Notes under the pieces: generated by a model
Seen by the model: only the letters and a program-made list of their open reading frames with translations
Database searches by the model: none
What the model was told of the DNA's origin: nothing
Assembly: GCA_950097015.1 (NCBI GenBank)
Contig: CATNEN010000038.1
Coordinates: forward strand, 32,488,001-32,552,000
Direction: 5' to 3'
Source: Macrostomum hystrix
Lineage: Eukaryota > Animalia > Platyhelminthes
Length of the DNA stretch: 64,000 nt
Translations under genes and position numbers: made by a program
Part shown: positions 13,001 through 25,500 of the stretch, in pieces
Numbering within the stretch: position 1 is the first letter of the stretch
How the letters are laid out: each line of letters opens with the position of its first letter

Positions 13001-13801
13001 GGATTGGCCGCTGTAGTTGCCGCTACGGTCGTGGAGGCGCCTTTGTTGCAGCCGATGCTCTCCAGTGCTGTGGCGCGGTCCACCAGCGTCTCCGGACTGA
13101 TTTCGTTGCAGTCGGGCTGCTTTAGCAACGACTCTCGGATGTCTCTTGGTAACAGCGTCAGCAGTCGGTGCCTCACCTCAAGATTTCTGGCATCTTGGCT
13201 GTGGTTTGGGCGGGCTTTGCGGTACAGCAGCTTGAGCACGAAGCACAGCTCTCCTTTGTGTCCCGTGTAATAACTCTCCTAGCTGTCGCTTCGTGCTCTC
13301 CAGCTCAGTCATGGCGCGGAATGAATTCTCTTTGCTGCTGTAGAAAGTCGTCAGCTGCTCCTTGATGCTTTTGTAGCTCGCCTTCTGGTCGTCCTTGAGG
13401 TCTCAGACGAACACAAGAGCTTCTCCGTTCAGTAGCAACTTGATTTTGGACGCTATTTTCCTGTCGTCCCAGCCGGAATAAGCAGCGAAGTCCTCAAACA
13501 TCTGCAGCCACATGTTCACATCAATATCTGCAGAGCCGGAAAACTTGCATACTACCGGCCGGAAAGCCGGTGGAAGTGCATTTTCTTTGAATGCCATAGT
13601 GAGCTGAGATTGTCAAGCTGAGTTACCGCTGCCACCAATGTAAGACTAGCGTTTAGGTAGGCACGAAGCCCATGAGAGACAGCCTAAGCTGACTGCAGGT
13701 TTATATTTTAAAGCTTTGGGGTGGCGCCGACAAGCACCCCAGCACGTTGCACGATGCACATGCGACAAAATGTACATAGCGTACACAGACGATAGCTTAC
13801 A
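10036..13801 (-). mobile_element. Ty3/Gypsy LTR retrotransposon with both LTRs, degenerate
   Basis: LTRs 13639-13801 and 10036-10191 (TGTAAG...CTTACA, one end mutated); 4-bp TSD CCAG; PBS TGGTGGCAGCGG at 13626-13637 (tRNA-Leu-like 3' end); PPT GGGAGGGAGTGA; domain order gag, RT (YMDD), RNase H, integrase. Confidence 0.95.
10500..13597 (-). pseudogene. gag-pol pseudogene of the nested Gypsy
   Basis: gag from 13597; RT motifs SPWASNLLVVRKK, LDLRQGFLQ, YMDDLILFS; RNase H ERNYSTTHRELLAIVWA; integrase VDIKGPLP, TTPFHPSGNPVVERFNRTL. Several stops and frameshifts; no protease motif is visible between gag and RT. Confidence 0.9.
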
Positions 13802-15089
13802 CCAGAATGAGCTCGGCCCGCGATTTACCTGTCAGGCTGTGCTTCGAGCTCTGGTAGGTGGCAGGAAGTCCGTCATTGCGTCTTAAGACGGCCTGTTCTC
13901 CGCCGTGGCTGTCCTTATGCCGGCGAGCAGCGATTGATTGAGAGGCTTCGTCTGCCTATTGATCTGCGGATAATAAAGGCTTGTCTTGACGTGCTGTATG
14001 CCCTGCTTTGCCAGTAAAGTCTGAGAACTCGCTCCCGAACTGCGGCCCATTGTCCGGCACTACTTTCTTGCACAGCCCCCACCTGGCAAACAGGCTGCGC
14101 ATTGCTCGGCAGATTGCCTCCGTGGTGATACTGGCCGTCGGAATGACCTCCGGCCACTTGTTGTGCAGGTCAGTCACGGCGATGAGGTACGTCTAGGCTG
14201 ACCTTGAAGTCCTTCTCGACCTTCTCGAACGCTGCGCAGTGGAAGACAAGTGCGTGAGTCACGCAGAAGGTTTGGTCTTGGCCGATAAGGGGGATGGTCG
14301 GTCTATTTATACACTCGGAAGAAGGTTCTAGAAAAAAGGTTGACAAAAGTTCTAGAAAACTAGTAAACAAGTCATACCCAAACTTTCTAGAACCCTAGGT
14401 TTTGTGCACTGTTTCAATACACAAAACTGCTCTCACAGGCTTTGAACGGCAAACTACTGTAAGATGCCCAACTTTTCCACACTTTCGAGCATTGCACATC
14501 CCTTAGGCGGTACTTTGATGTGATGTATCTTAACTTTCTACAGGTTTGGCATTGTCCTTTGTTTTGTACCGAAGCGAATACATTCGAAGGATTCGTATAG
14601 TTCTTCGAGTCGGAAATCTATAGCGAGGACTAAGCCATTGAAGTTGCTGGTCCGAAGTAGTCATTGTACTTGCGCAAGGCATCCAGTGTGTTTAACTCGT
14701 CATGTTAAGTTTTGAACAATGCGAAGTCATTCGAACTTTATGTTGTTAAAGGAAAAATCTGCTTTTGCGATGGCGCGCTAGTTGCTTCTGATGTATTTAA
14801 ACGGACTTGAAGCACACAATCAGAACAGACTGGTATTGAAGCCAAAATTCCGTCTATCAAGGACATTATTCTGTCTGCATTATGAGTGCATAATATTTAT
14901 TCACTCGTATGTTGAGAATAGCTCAAATAAGTTTGCACCTAAAAAAACTATAAAATATGGAATTCCGTATAAAAATAATTTTTTACTTCATCCTTAGGTT
15001 CTTGGGCTTAGTTTGTGATTTCCGATTCCGTAGGCTGACAGGTTCTTCGGCGTCAGTGAACAAGGTTCCTCTGCTGAGTTCTTTTAAAT

Positions 15090-16872
15090 CTAACTGAGTT
15101 GAATCTCCTCATTGGTTTTCTCCGTGACAGCTGAAGTTGTCTTCGTCTCTCTGTTGGCCAGGCAGGGCATGTAGAACTCGTAGAACTTTCTGCTGAACCC
15201 GACGATGAACAGGGAATTCGTGAAGTAGGGAACATCAAACAGGTAGGTAGACAAGCGCTCCAAAACAGCATCTGAAGAGTTGAGATCCAAGTTGCCATTT
15301 TCGACATAAATAATAATAATATTATAATTCGATAACTAGACTATACAGACATTACTTTGCCATTTTTACGTCCAAAAGCACACAGTACGTTCCATATCAA
15401 CCTAATTTTACGCGTCAAACAAGCCCCTTCATCAAATTAGCTTACATGCTACTGGCTGGTCGAAAGGGTTGATTCGGGTACTGACGACTAGCATTACACG
15501 GGACACAAAGAAGCAGACGAACAGGGTGATGTTCATTCCGAGTAGCATAGCGGTGGCTCGCACCTCGGCTTTGCTGTCTCTGGCTTCTGAATTTCGATTT
15601 TTCTTCGCTTCAAACAGAACCAAAATGATGATGATGGATGACACAATGTTCGAGGCGCAAATTATGAAAACAACGCACAGGGTAAATACATAACCCCAAT
15701 ATACCAAGTCTCGTGAAGTACCAACCACAATGTAGTCTGGAAAATTGCACTGACCGTAGTACAAGTCTAAACCGAAAACAGATACCGGATATGCATAACT
15801 AAAGCCTTGGATAAGCATGACAGCGGCGACAATGGAAATGACTATCGAGACAAACACAGTTCCGGCCATCAGAAGGCGATCCACCCGTGTGGTCAGCTCC
15901 GTTTTCGCTCGAAGAGAAAACTTCACACAGTAGCAGCGAATCAAGGAGCTCACGGTGAGGGCTATTGGCGACAAGAAGATAGGGATGTACAGGAGAAAGA
16001 AGAACACCTTGCAGAATGCATTTTGCAAGAACTCATGATCAGGACTCCGCATGCCCCACATCAGAAGCATGAAATTCAATCCAAAAGTATTATCTCCTCT
16101 AAAAGGGTTGACAGTTCTAAAGTCGACTGTGATGAGTTCGTACACCCGGTACAAGGTGCTGCCAATGTCAGCCCCCAGCACCAGGAGGAACCAGTTGCTT
16201 GCTGAACGGGAGTAACCCGAGTTGCCTCGAACCAGGAACACCACGGTGAGGATCTGCAGCAGCAGGCCCAGTGGGAAGCCGGCGCTCTTCATGATGCCCA
16301 TTGCGAACTTCATCAGCGCAATTACTTCTCTGCGCAGTTGCAGCGAGAACTGATAACTAATTCGTTCGGGTGGCCATACAGTGGAGTTGACAATAGCGGA
16401 GCCCGTGCGGAATATTAGAAATGCTGCAATATTTATATTGTGTTTGAGGAAATCAAAACAATAGAAATACGTCTAATTTTGTTTGGCCAATCAACAGCCA
16501 CAGCTATTGTACAGCGCCTACAAAGAATGTTTAATTATGTTTAGCCGGCGCATCTAACTTTTTTTCTACCCTTTCTATGCTGGTACCTGTTTTACATCTG
16601 AATGAACTCAAGCAGTAGTTAATGCAGTATCTTGCGTAAGCACAGATTATTTTCTTTGTGTGGAGATTAGAACTCGGGATAGTTCGGTCATAATTCTGAA
16701 GCGGCTAACATTTTGGTAGTTGTTTTTAGAGTTTAGTAAACACAACTATCACAGGAAGCTCTTGATTTGTATCGATTATTTAAATTCCTGGGAAATTTAA
16801 TTTCATTCGTGAATGTAAGTGATAATAAAGCTAAATGTTCTCACCTGTGTAATTATTGTAGAAGAAAAGCAT
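15090..16872 (-). CDS. Rhodopsin-like 7TM receptor (paralog C), 3 exons
   Basis: Exons 16872-16845 (MLFFYNNYT), 16423-15446 and 15271-15090. Same intron positions and phases as paralog B, and near-identical TM regions. Confidence 0.88.
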
Positions 16873-17899
16873 ATTTCCTTTGAATGAGATAATCGTTGTT
16901 AATCTGCCCTTGGCTGGCGCCGTGGCGCTGCCGTTTCGAAAATTGCTCACCTTTAAATCCTGCCGCCTGTGACACACCCCAAATATGAAACTAAAAGCAT
17001 ACATTTGTCAGACTTGCAAAGGCACTTGGCGAGCTTAGAAACCCCTTTGTGTGGCACGAATCTAAATAGACCTTGCAATGGATCATGCTCAAATGAGCTT
17101 ACAGTGCGTACTATAGTAGACACTAGACAGTCACATTGCAGTGCATTAGCACTTAGATGAAATTGTTAACAAGCTGCATGGGCTGCCATCACAGGATGGC
17201 AATGTTGCAATCTAGACGATCAAGTTATCAAGCCGTAGTGAGCGGTCTCACAAGCAAAAATACAGTTCGGCAAGCTCTTGTACGGAAAACAAAATGCGCA
17301 TTGGACAGTTTTCCTCTCTTTACGCTTTTAACTTTAGATTTATTCGATTTCAGGAGACAAGGAAGCACATTGATCGTAATAAACTTTTCGAGAATTTAAA
17401 ATGCTTCAATATTTTTCGTACTCTACAAACATGTACATTAGTGATATTAATGTTTTACCCTGCACCATCTACTTGAATTTAAAGACGCTGTTTGAATTCA
17501 AATATTCCTTTGAAGTTGAGTGCCAAGGCAGAACGGTTACCTCCTGCGTTGGTGAACTCCACGTCAATCTGCTGCACTAGATGCTGATTGCTCGGAACAG
17601 TTATGAGCTTGGTGACAGACGGGCCGGCACTTAGTGGTCCACTTGTTGGTCCGACTCCTGGACAGCGCTAGAATATTTGCGGGACAATGCAGATGTTGCA
17701 GTCATGGACACAGCGTTCCCATCATTTGAAGGGGCTTGTTCAGTCTTCTCGGCATTGCCCGTGGATCCATACAGACTCCCTGACGGAGCGTCCGACATTT
17801 TAGCCATCTCCATTGTCTAAGCTTGCTTCTTTCAATGCGTCAGGTACCTAGGTGTAGGTTAGAGCAAATAAAAAATGTAAGACAAAGCACGGAAAGTAT

Positions 17900-18900
17900 C
17901 ATGCCTTTTTAATGTACCGTCGTTTCACGAACCTATGAACGGTCTTTTTCTCCTTGTGACCAGTGATATTGCATATTTGCTCCAGACGAAATCCGGCTTC
18001 AGGAAGATCAGAGATCAGAGATGACAGTCGGTCGGATGCAATGCGCAGTGTACTCCATCGACAGTCCAGCCGCATTCGATATAGCCTTCATCATTGCCCC
18101 GACACTGTTCACACAAAGTGGGATCTTGGTGAACCAACCAGTGCAGAGGGACACCTTTTTGGGTGTCAGAAGCAACGGGGATTCTTCCATCAGTCCAATG
18201 GTGGCACTGCGCTTCTCAAGATACTGTTAGATCGCCTGCACAGTGCATTGGCTTCCACCAGTAGCGGTTCTTTGTTGCCGCTCAGTTTGGTACTCAAAGT
18301 CTTCTGCAGCTCAGTGCGCAAACGAATGAGACTGCCGTAAACGGGGGTTGGTCTCGAAGATTAGACTTGCAGTCGTCAATCCACGAAACCAGTCGACTAG
18401 GTTGTCCAAAAAATTAGATGAGTATGAAGTACACCTCGTGCAGCAGCACAGTTAGGGTTGATCGATCAAAACAGCTAGACAGCCTCTCCAAGTCCTCCTT
18501 ACAAATAAATGGCTTCAAAATGTTCGATAATCCCACCAGCTTCGATCTTTCATGCCAACGGCTTTTAAAGCCAAATTTGCCTGCGCGAACCCGACGTCAT
18601 TGATTATATTCAGCTGGCGAACACGCAGAAAATATCGGAATAGTCCAGTAGATTAACGTAGTTTGAGCATAGAAGGACTTCTCTTCCTTTCGTAGTGCAG
18701 CGTAAAAAAACTCTTGCTTTTCAGCCAGATACTCAGCATCAGAGGTTTCGGAGTTGGAGGAATACCCCGTCAAAAAGTCCTTCAGCTTTCGAACAGCCGC
18801 AACTTCTTGCTTCTAGCTATCTTTTTTGCATGGTACTGCTGAGCAACAATTGCTTCCAGTTGCTCGCTGGCATCTTCAGATGTAGGCAGCAAGTCAAGCA
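17900..18900 (-). pseudogene. Decayed Crypton-like (DUF3504-type) tyrosine recombinase
   Basis: WFTKIPLCVNSVGAMMKAISNAAGLSMEYTAHCIRPT; after removing a 7-nt duplication at 18005-18018 it continues ISDLPEAGFRLEQICNITGHKEKKTVHRF. Upstream remnants SQCTVQAI*QYLEKR and LLHEVYFILI*FFG. Boundaries approximate. Confidence 0.7.
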
Positions 18901-19646
18901 GCTCTTCAAGCGTTGGACAATGGGAGTCATCATACATTACTTGCTCTACGAGATCATTCTCATCAACTCCTTAGTCGTCAATCCACTCACACACTCGTTT
19001 GGAAATACATCATTGCAGCATCAAATTACTTACGGCCATTTTCGTTGCTAAGCTAAACTCGCCGAACAGATCCATGTACTGTAGGTACTAAATGTACAGT
19101 AGTTACGCTATCTGAACATACACAAATCACTTTAACTATCGACGTAACGGAATTCTCGAGCTGGACAATGACTATCTACAAGTATATAGGAGAAAGAAGT
19201 TAAGGAACAGCAATAAATGCAACTTGTTTAGAGATCAGACAATACGCACAGAGCAACCAGTCGTAGGCTAAGCTGCCAAATCCGCAGGCAATGTACTTTA
19301 TTCCAGTACCGAACACAAGAAAATCCAAGAAAATGATTATATACTGACACAAGGTACGCTGCCTTTAGCAGCTTTCAAAAACGAAAATAACTAGAAAGAA
19401 TAACAATAAAACTGGCATTATAACAACTAAATCGCAAGATTAAGAGATTAGCTGTAAAGTATTGGTGCATTTCTAAGAAAAACCTGTGCTAATCAGATGC
19501 AGTTTACAGATTATCTACATTGTACAGATGCACTTAAATAAGAGAATGCACTAACTCCAGGAAAGTAATAAATATTCATAATTAGCTGAGTTTGCAACAT
19601 ATAAAAATGACAGCCATTAACTAAACAGTAGCGCTGACGGTTAATA

Positions 19647-20552
19647 GACTGAAGTACATGCATCAGGGGCTGATGGACTGAAGTACATGCATCAGGGGCT
19701 GATGGACTGAAGTACATGCATCAGGGGCTGATGGACTGAAGTACATGCATCAGGGGCTGATGGACTGAAGTACATGCATCAGGGGCTGATGTACAGGGTA
19801 CATGTATCAGGGGCTGATGGACTGAAGTACATGTATCAGGGGCTGATGGACTGAAGTACATGCATCAGGGGCTGATGGACTGAAGTACATGTATCAGGGG
19901 CTGATGTACAGGGTACATGTATCAGGGGCTGATGGACTGAAGTACATGCATCAGGGGCTGATGGACTGAAGTACATGAATCAGAGGCTGATGGACTGAAG
20001 TACATGAATCAGAGGCTGATGGACTGAAGTACATGTATCAGGGGCTGATGTACAGGGTACATGCATCAGAGGCTGATGGACTGAAGTGTCAGGGGCTGAT
20101 GGACCCAAGTATCAGGGACTGATAGACTGAAGTGTCAGAAGCTGATGAACTTAAGTATCAAGGAATGATAGACTGAAGTGTCAGGGGTGATGAACTCAAG
20201 TATAAGGGACTGATAGACTGAAGTGTCAGGGGTGATGGACTCAAGTATCAGGGACTGATAGACTGAAGTGTCAGGGGTGATGGACTCAAGTATCAGGGAC
20301 TGATAGACTGAAGTGTCAGAAGCTGATGAACTCAAGTATCAAGGACTGATAGACTGAAGTGTCAGGGGTGATGGACTCAAGTATCAGGGACTGATAGACT
20401 GAAGTGTCAGGGGTGATGGACTCAAGTATCAGGGACTGATAGACTGAAGTGTCAGAAGCTGATGAACTCAAGTATCAAGGACTGATAGACTGAAGTGTCA
20501 GGGGTGATGGACTCAAGTATCAGGGACTGATAGACTGAAGTGTCAGGGGTGA
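19647..20552. repeat. Compound minisatellite: 29-bp unit changing to 45-bp unit
   Basis: GACTGAAGTACATGCATCAGGGGCTGATG repeats to ~20090, then TCAGGGGTGATGGACTCAAGTATCAGGGACTGATAGACTGAAGTG. Confidence 0.95.
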
Positions 20553-21036
20553 CTGTCCAGCTGTGTTATCCAGCACTCTGACAGTAAACTAGGTTAGGAA
20601 GTTAATGAGGGGCAGGTTTTACCCCGAATTATGATAGTACAAATGACAAAACACACATTTTTTACGGTACTATTGATTAAAAAAACTTTTATATTCAGTC
20701 GAATTTAAACAAAATATCTGTTAAGTCAGCAGCACAAAAGATAGATTTAGAAACATGCAGATTTACAGAAGAGTAAATTTAAACACAGAGGCACAGTCCA
20801 AAGACATTAACATTATAGGATATTTTTTTAAACTAAATACTTTACTGCTCGTTGTATAGCAGAATTTTTATACCCAGCAAATTATTCATACTCGTAGGTC
20901 TTTGCACATGCTGTCAAGTAGGAAAGATATTTTATAAAAAGCCAAAAATGACCGAGCAAATGCTTGCATACTGTCAACGCGAGGTAATTGCACAGTGCAT
21001 AACTTGGAAAAAACGCAATTTTAACCCCAGGATTAA

Positions 21037-21630
21037 CAGTAGAACTACCAAGGGGGGCTGCACCCAAACGGAGAAACGCAAGCACACGAAACTCAAGAAC
21101 ACGGGCCAAAGTTTTGTTGCGCATCTTCTGAAACAAGAATCAAGCCGCCTGCTCTTCGGACCGTCGAGATATTCAATGGTTCTGGCCGAAAGTCGGTTTT
21201 TTCCTAAAGCGCTAGTGTTTTTCATACACCCCGATACACGAATTAGCACTGCGCCTCAGTGCGGCCTTTCCAAGCCTTCCAAGCCTTAATCGGCATGTCA
21301 CCCGAATGTGCCTGCATCATCTGTGCTCACCTACCTTTATCTCGACGGACTGCTGGACCTTCAAGGGCTACAACAGGTGGAACTAGGCCACTATGGACAC
21401 CCTGACTCGAATTTCTCCAATTTCACTGATCAAGCCTAAATATTAGGCGCAGCTCAACCACAGGACACCATCGCCTCTTCTGTCAACCAATCAGAAACCA
21501 TCCAACGCTTTTAGCATTCGTGCGCTGTTTTCTATTTTCTAAAACTTTCTATTTCTAAGACTATTTTCAGTGGGGAATCCCCCCTGGTATAAAAGCGGGC
21601 GGACTAGCAAATGACTTGGTAGTCCTACTG
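21037..21630. mobile_element. piggyBac-like MITE, copy 2 (opposite orientation to copies 1 and 3)
   Basis: TTAA flanks at 21033-36 and 21631-34; TIRs CAGTAGAACTACCAAG / CTTGGTAGTCCTACTG. Confidence 0.9.
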
Positions 21631-22068
21631 TTAAAGCAGGCCATTAAAAACGTTAAACAGTAGCTCTAGAAATCAACATTGAAGAATAAGAAAACAATTG
21701 GCAGTGCTTGGCCTAAATCGATAGAAAGAGAGTACAACACAAAGATACGAATTCGCTGCTAGTTAGACTGCGCTTGGCTAGAGGCTTCACACGCGACTGA
21801 CGCGAGTAGTTAACGAGGCACTTGTCAATTGTTCTATTATATTCAATAACTAAAGCTGAAACATATAGGTCGTATACATTTTGCTCGATTTTGCTAAAAG
21901 AACTCAAAAAATAAACAAACAGCAGATAAGAAATTTTGAAATTTTGAACCATAAACATCGCGATTTAGCAAAAGAAGAATGCCAGTCTTCAAATTGTGTC
22001 AATTAAATTGACACAATAGTCACCTCAGCGAGTAGGTATCTGAAATAGAACGAATTCGCATAAATATT

Positions 22069-22545
22069 TTGGGAAGTGGAGAATTGGGGAAGTCGAGAAT
22101 TGGGGATGTGGAGAATTGGGAAGTGGCGAATTGGGAAGTCGAGAATTGGGGAAGTCGAGAACTAGGGAAGTGGAGAATTGGTGAGTGGAGAATTGGGAAG
22201 TGCAGAATTGGTGAGTGGAGAATTGGGAAGTGCAGAATTGGGGATGTGGAGAATTTGGGAAGTGCAGAACTGGGGATGTGGAGAATTTGGGAAGTGGCGA
22301 ATTGGGAAGTGGAGAATAGGGAAGTGGAGAATTGGGAAGTGGAGAATTGGGAAGTGGAGAATTGGGAAGTGCAGAACTGGGAAGTGGAGAATAGGGAAGT
22401 GGAGAATTGGGAAGTGGAGAATAGGGAAGTGGAGAATTGGGAAGTGGAGAATTGGGAAGTGGAGAATTGGGAAGTGGAGAATTGGGAAGTGGAGAATTGG
22501 GGAAGTGGAGAATTGGGAAGCGCAGAATTGGGGATGTGGAGAATC
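22069..22545. repeat. 15-bp minisatellite (GAAGTGGAGAATTGG)n
   Basis: About 30 direct tandem copies with variants. Confidence 0.95.
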
Positions 22546-22557
22546 GGTAATAAACGC

Positions 22558-25500
22558 TCACCATTCGGATCCATCCAGCAAGGGTCCCAGGCTGTGAATG
22601 GATTGGCCCAGTTGGCCAATAAATTCCTGAGCCTGAGCCCGCACGGCCACCAGCTGCAGCAGCAGTTTATTCAACCCGGCGCTGGCCTCGGTTTGAACCA
22701 ATGCGCTGCACTTTGGCGGTGGCGGAGGCGGCGGCCTCGAAAGGCGGTCGACTTCGGCCTGAAGGGCTGCGGCCTCAGCGGCTAGCTGTTCGCAACGCTG
22801 GGCGGCGGCGACGCGGGCTGCGTCGGCAGCCGAGGCGCGCCGTTCAGCGTCTGCGCAGCGGGATGTGGACTCGGAGAGCTTGGCATCCCTGCAGCCAAAA
22901 TAGTGGGATCAGAGAAAGATAAAATGTTCGATCACAAAATGAGCACTTTAATGCAAAATCCTCAGAATGAGCACCCATGCAAGATCCACAAAGCAATCGA
23001 ACCTCGCAGCCAGCTGATTGTCGCGCGCTCGACAAGCCGACTCCAGCTCGTTAGCCCTGGACTCTGCGGCAATACGAGCCAGCTGCTGATTGTCTCGGTC
23101 GGCTTGAACCTCGGCTAATCGCCTGCGAGCTTCGGCTGCGTCAGCTTCGGCCGATTCCAACGCCACGGACTTGGCTTCGAGCTCTGCTGCCGCGGCGGCG
23201 GCTGCGGCGGCAGCAGCAGCTGCTTTCTCATCGGGCTGCGGTGTGGTCTGAGTGGATCGCTCCGACAGCCTGGGCGTCAAAAGCGTCTCCGTTGAAGCGC
23301 ATGCTGTGTCCACCGAGGCAAGCGTGGCCACATCGCAAAGACTTGACGGCGGAGCAGATGCCTCCGTTGCTGCTATAGCTGATGCGAATGGTGCATTGAG
23401 CTCAACGGCAACAGACGACGAAGAGAAGCCAGTGCCGTCAGAAGGCGCGGCAACTTTGCGACGCTTTAAGCTGCTGCCGCCACTCCCACTACTGCCGCCG
23501 GCGCTCCGGCGTCGCCCGTTGCTTGCGGCACCGCCAGCTGCTACTTTAGACTTGGACTTTGGCGGCTTGCTACTCACGTCTGCTGAGGATGTCGAATTTC
23601 TGGGCGAAGTTGCTTGGGTGGATGTCACGACTGACTGAGGCATTGTTGAGGGTGTTGTCAGCGGATGCTCTAGCTGCTGCTGACTCCCATCAGCGGACTC
23701 CAACGGCGAAGCTTCGGGGTGCGGCTGCGGCGAGGTGGAAGCTGACATTTCAGCTTGAACATTATTCTCACCTTCCGCTAGCGGCGGCGCCGAAGCACGG
23801 TCCGGCGATACTGACGCAGCTACCGACGCCACATCAGCGCTGGTATCTTCTTGTCGTTTTCCGTCTTCGGATTTGGAGTCCTGCTGCTGCTGCTGTTGCT
23901 GATCTGGTAAATCATCTAGCGGCAATGGAGTTTGAATTCGTTTTAGCCGCACAGTCACAGGGCCCAGAGTTAAGTTATTAGTGGCTATCAGGGCAGCTGA
24001 TCTGCGTATTCTATTCTGCTGCTGCTGCACAAGGCTAGGATTCTCTGAATGCGCGTCAACTGACCAACTCTGCTGCTGCTGCTGCTGCTGCACATGTTCC
24101 TCAGCCGCAGAGGGTGCAGTTAATGCAGTATTGGGAGTTGAGGTTATTTTAGCCGCGGCGGCAGTGGCATCCTCGGTTGCAGTTGTAAAACTTGCAGTAG
24201 ACTGAGACTCAGAAATCTGACTTGGCTGTTTATCAGTCTGAGCTTTCTGCAGTTGCTGCTGCTGCGGCTGACTCTCTTGCGTCCACAGTGACTGCAGTTG
24301 CAGTGTGTTAATTAGCCGATCGGGACACTAAAATTATTTTGAATTTTCGTGTTAATTTTCAATTAAAAATACAACTTTTTTAGGCAAGGCGAATGATCAT
24401 CACTTACACAGACCACGTCAATTCTGCGATCTAAATACACTGTCTTGTGCAAATCTGATCGAGCTTTTGCCGCGCTGGCCGCCTGCCGAAACACCACAAT
24501 GCCTAGGTAGGATTTGTTCGAAGCGGCACCTGTTTTGCTGTTGGCGACTACCTGGATTCGAAGCACCTGCATTGCGGCGGAGAGTCATTTGTACTCAAGT
24601 TTATCTTTCTGGATTTTACCCACAGCATTCAGCACTATCTCTGACTTTAGCGATTCTAAGCACAGTTTCTGGCATTGAACTACTGTGTCTTAGCACTGTT
24701 TCTGGCGTTTACGAATATATACTGTTTCAGCTGATAGATTAACATTTTTTCTTTAACGCATTCCAGCGAGGACCGAAGCAGCAGGATAAAATTAAAACCT
24801 AGAGACCATAGCTAAGGCGGAGAAGGTTCATACCGCTCGTGTTGAAAGTGGTGACGTTAAAGTATGCGGCAAGGACATCATCAATGCTATTGATCGAAAC
24901 GAGGTGACGCTAAAAGCGTGATCTCGCAAAGGCAAGCCGAGAAGGCGGCCAGATTTCATCAACTGGGTGGTCACGCGAAGAATCGTGCCTGTACCGCGTA
25001 TCATCGTGTGACTTTGACTGCCGGACATGCGGCGACCCCCCAGCGGGCTATGTACCTCCAACGACTGTGCATGTCGTCATTAGCCAATTGAATTTGAATT
25101 GAATTTGAGTTTGACCAATTTGAATTCCTAGAAATGAAGGCAGACTTCAAACCGACGTCAGGTATGACGTCAATGATGAGGTGGCTGCTGAAGGGACCAA
25201 CCTGCAGCCACGTGTACGCCGTGGTTTCGGCAGCCAAGCGCTGCAGACTCCACTTCCCGAGAAAATGTGTGGCCCAGCCACCACGGCACCTTGGAAGAGC
25301 GCACTGCCTTCTCGTTTTTCGTCATTTTTTCGTCGACGGATCAGTCTCTACCGGCCTGTCAGATCCGCATCCGCTGCTCAGGGCTGGTATTGAACCGAAC
25401 CCGGGGCGCTGGCCCTGTGGCCCAAGCAACATCCGCAATTTCGAGGGCTCCGTCCACTGCGCAGGCTGTGACAAATGGTTTCACCATAAACCCTGCAGCG

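Larger units (their letters stand above)
8737..14290 (-). mobile_element. Decayed host Gypsy-type LTR retrotransposon, interrupted by the 10036-13801 element
   Basis: Integrase core DLHNKWPEV...FARWGLCKKVVPDNGPQF at 13956-14177; integrase C-terminal remnants at 9520-10030; polypurine tract GAGGGAGGGGAAGA (9488-9501) followed by TG at 9487; RT/RH-connection-like AAFEKVEK near 14230. The left LTR boundary (~8737) is a guess. Confidence 0.7.

Noticed and set aside
9214-13270. + strand ORFs across the LTR elements
   Set aside because: Antisense shadows of GC-rich gag-pol sequence with no recognisable motifs.
22020-22785. Long ORFs over the 15-bp array (also 42393-42956, the tail of 52834-53556, 58670-59296 and 62835-63785)
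   Set aside because: They are stop-free translations of minisatellites, often open in several frames, and lie in introns.
22844-23035. Apparent zinc finger LCGSC...HSEDF...CSFC
   Set aside because: It lies mostly in a predicted intron and out of frame with the coiled-coil exons; judged chance.
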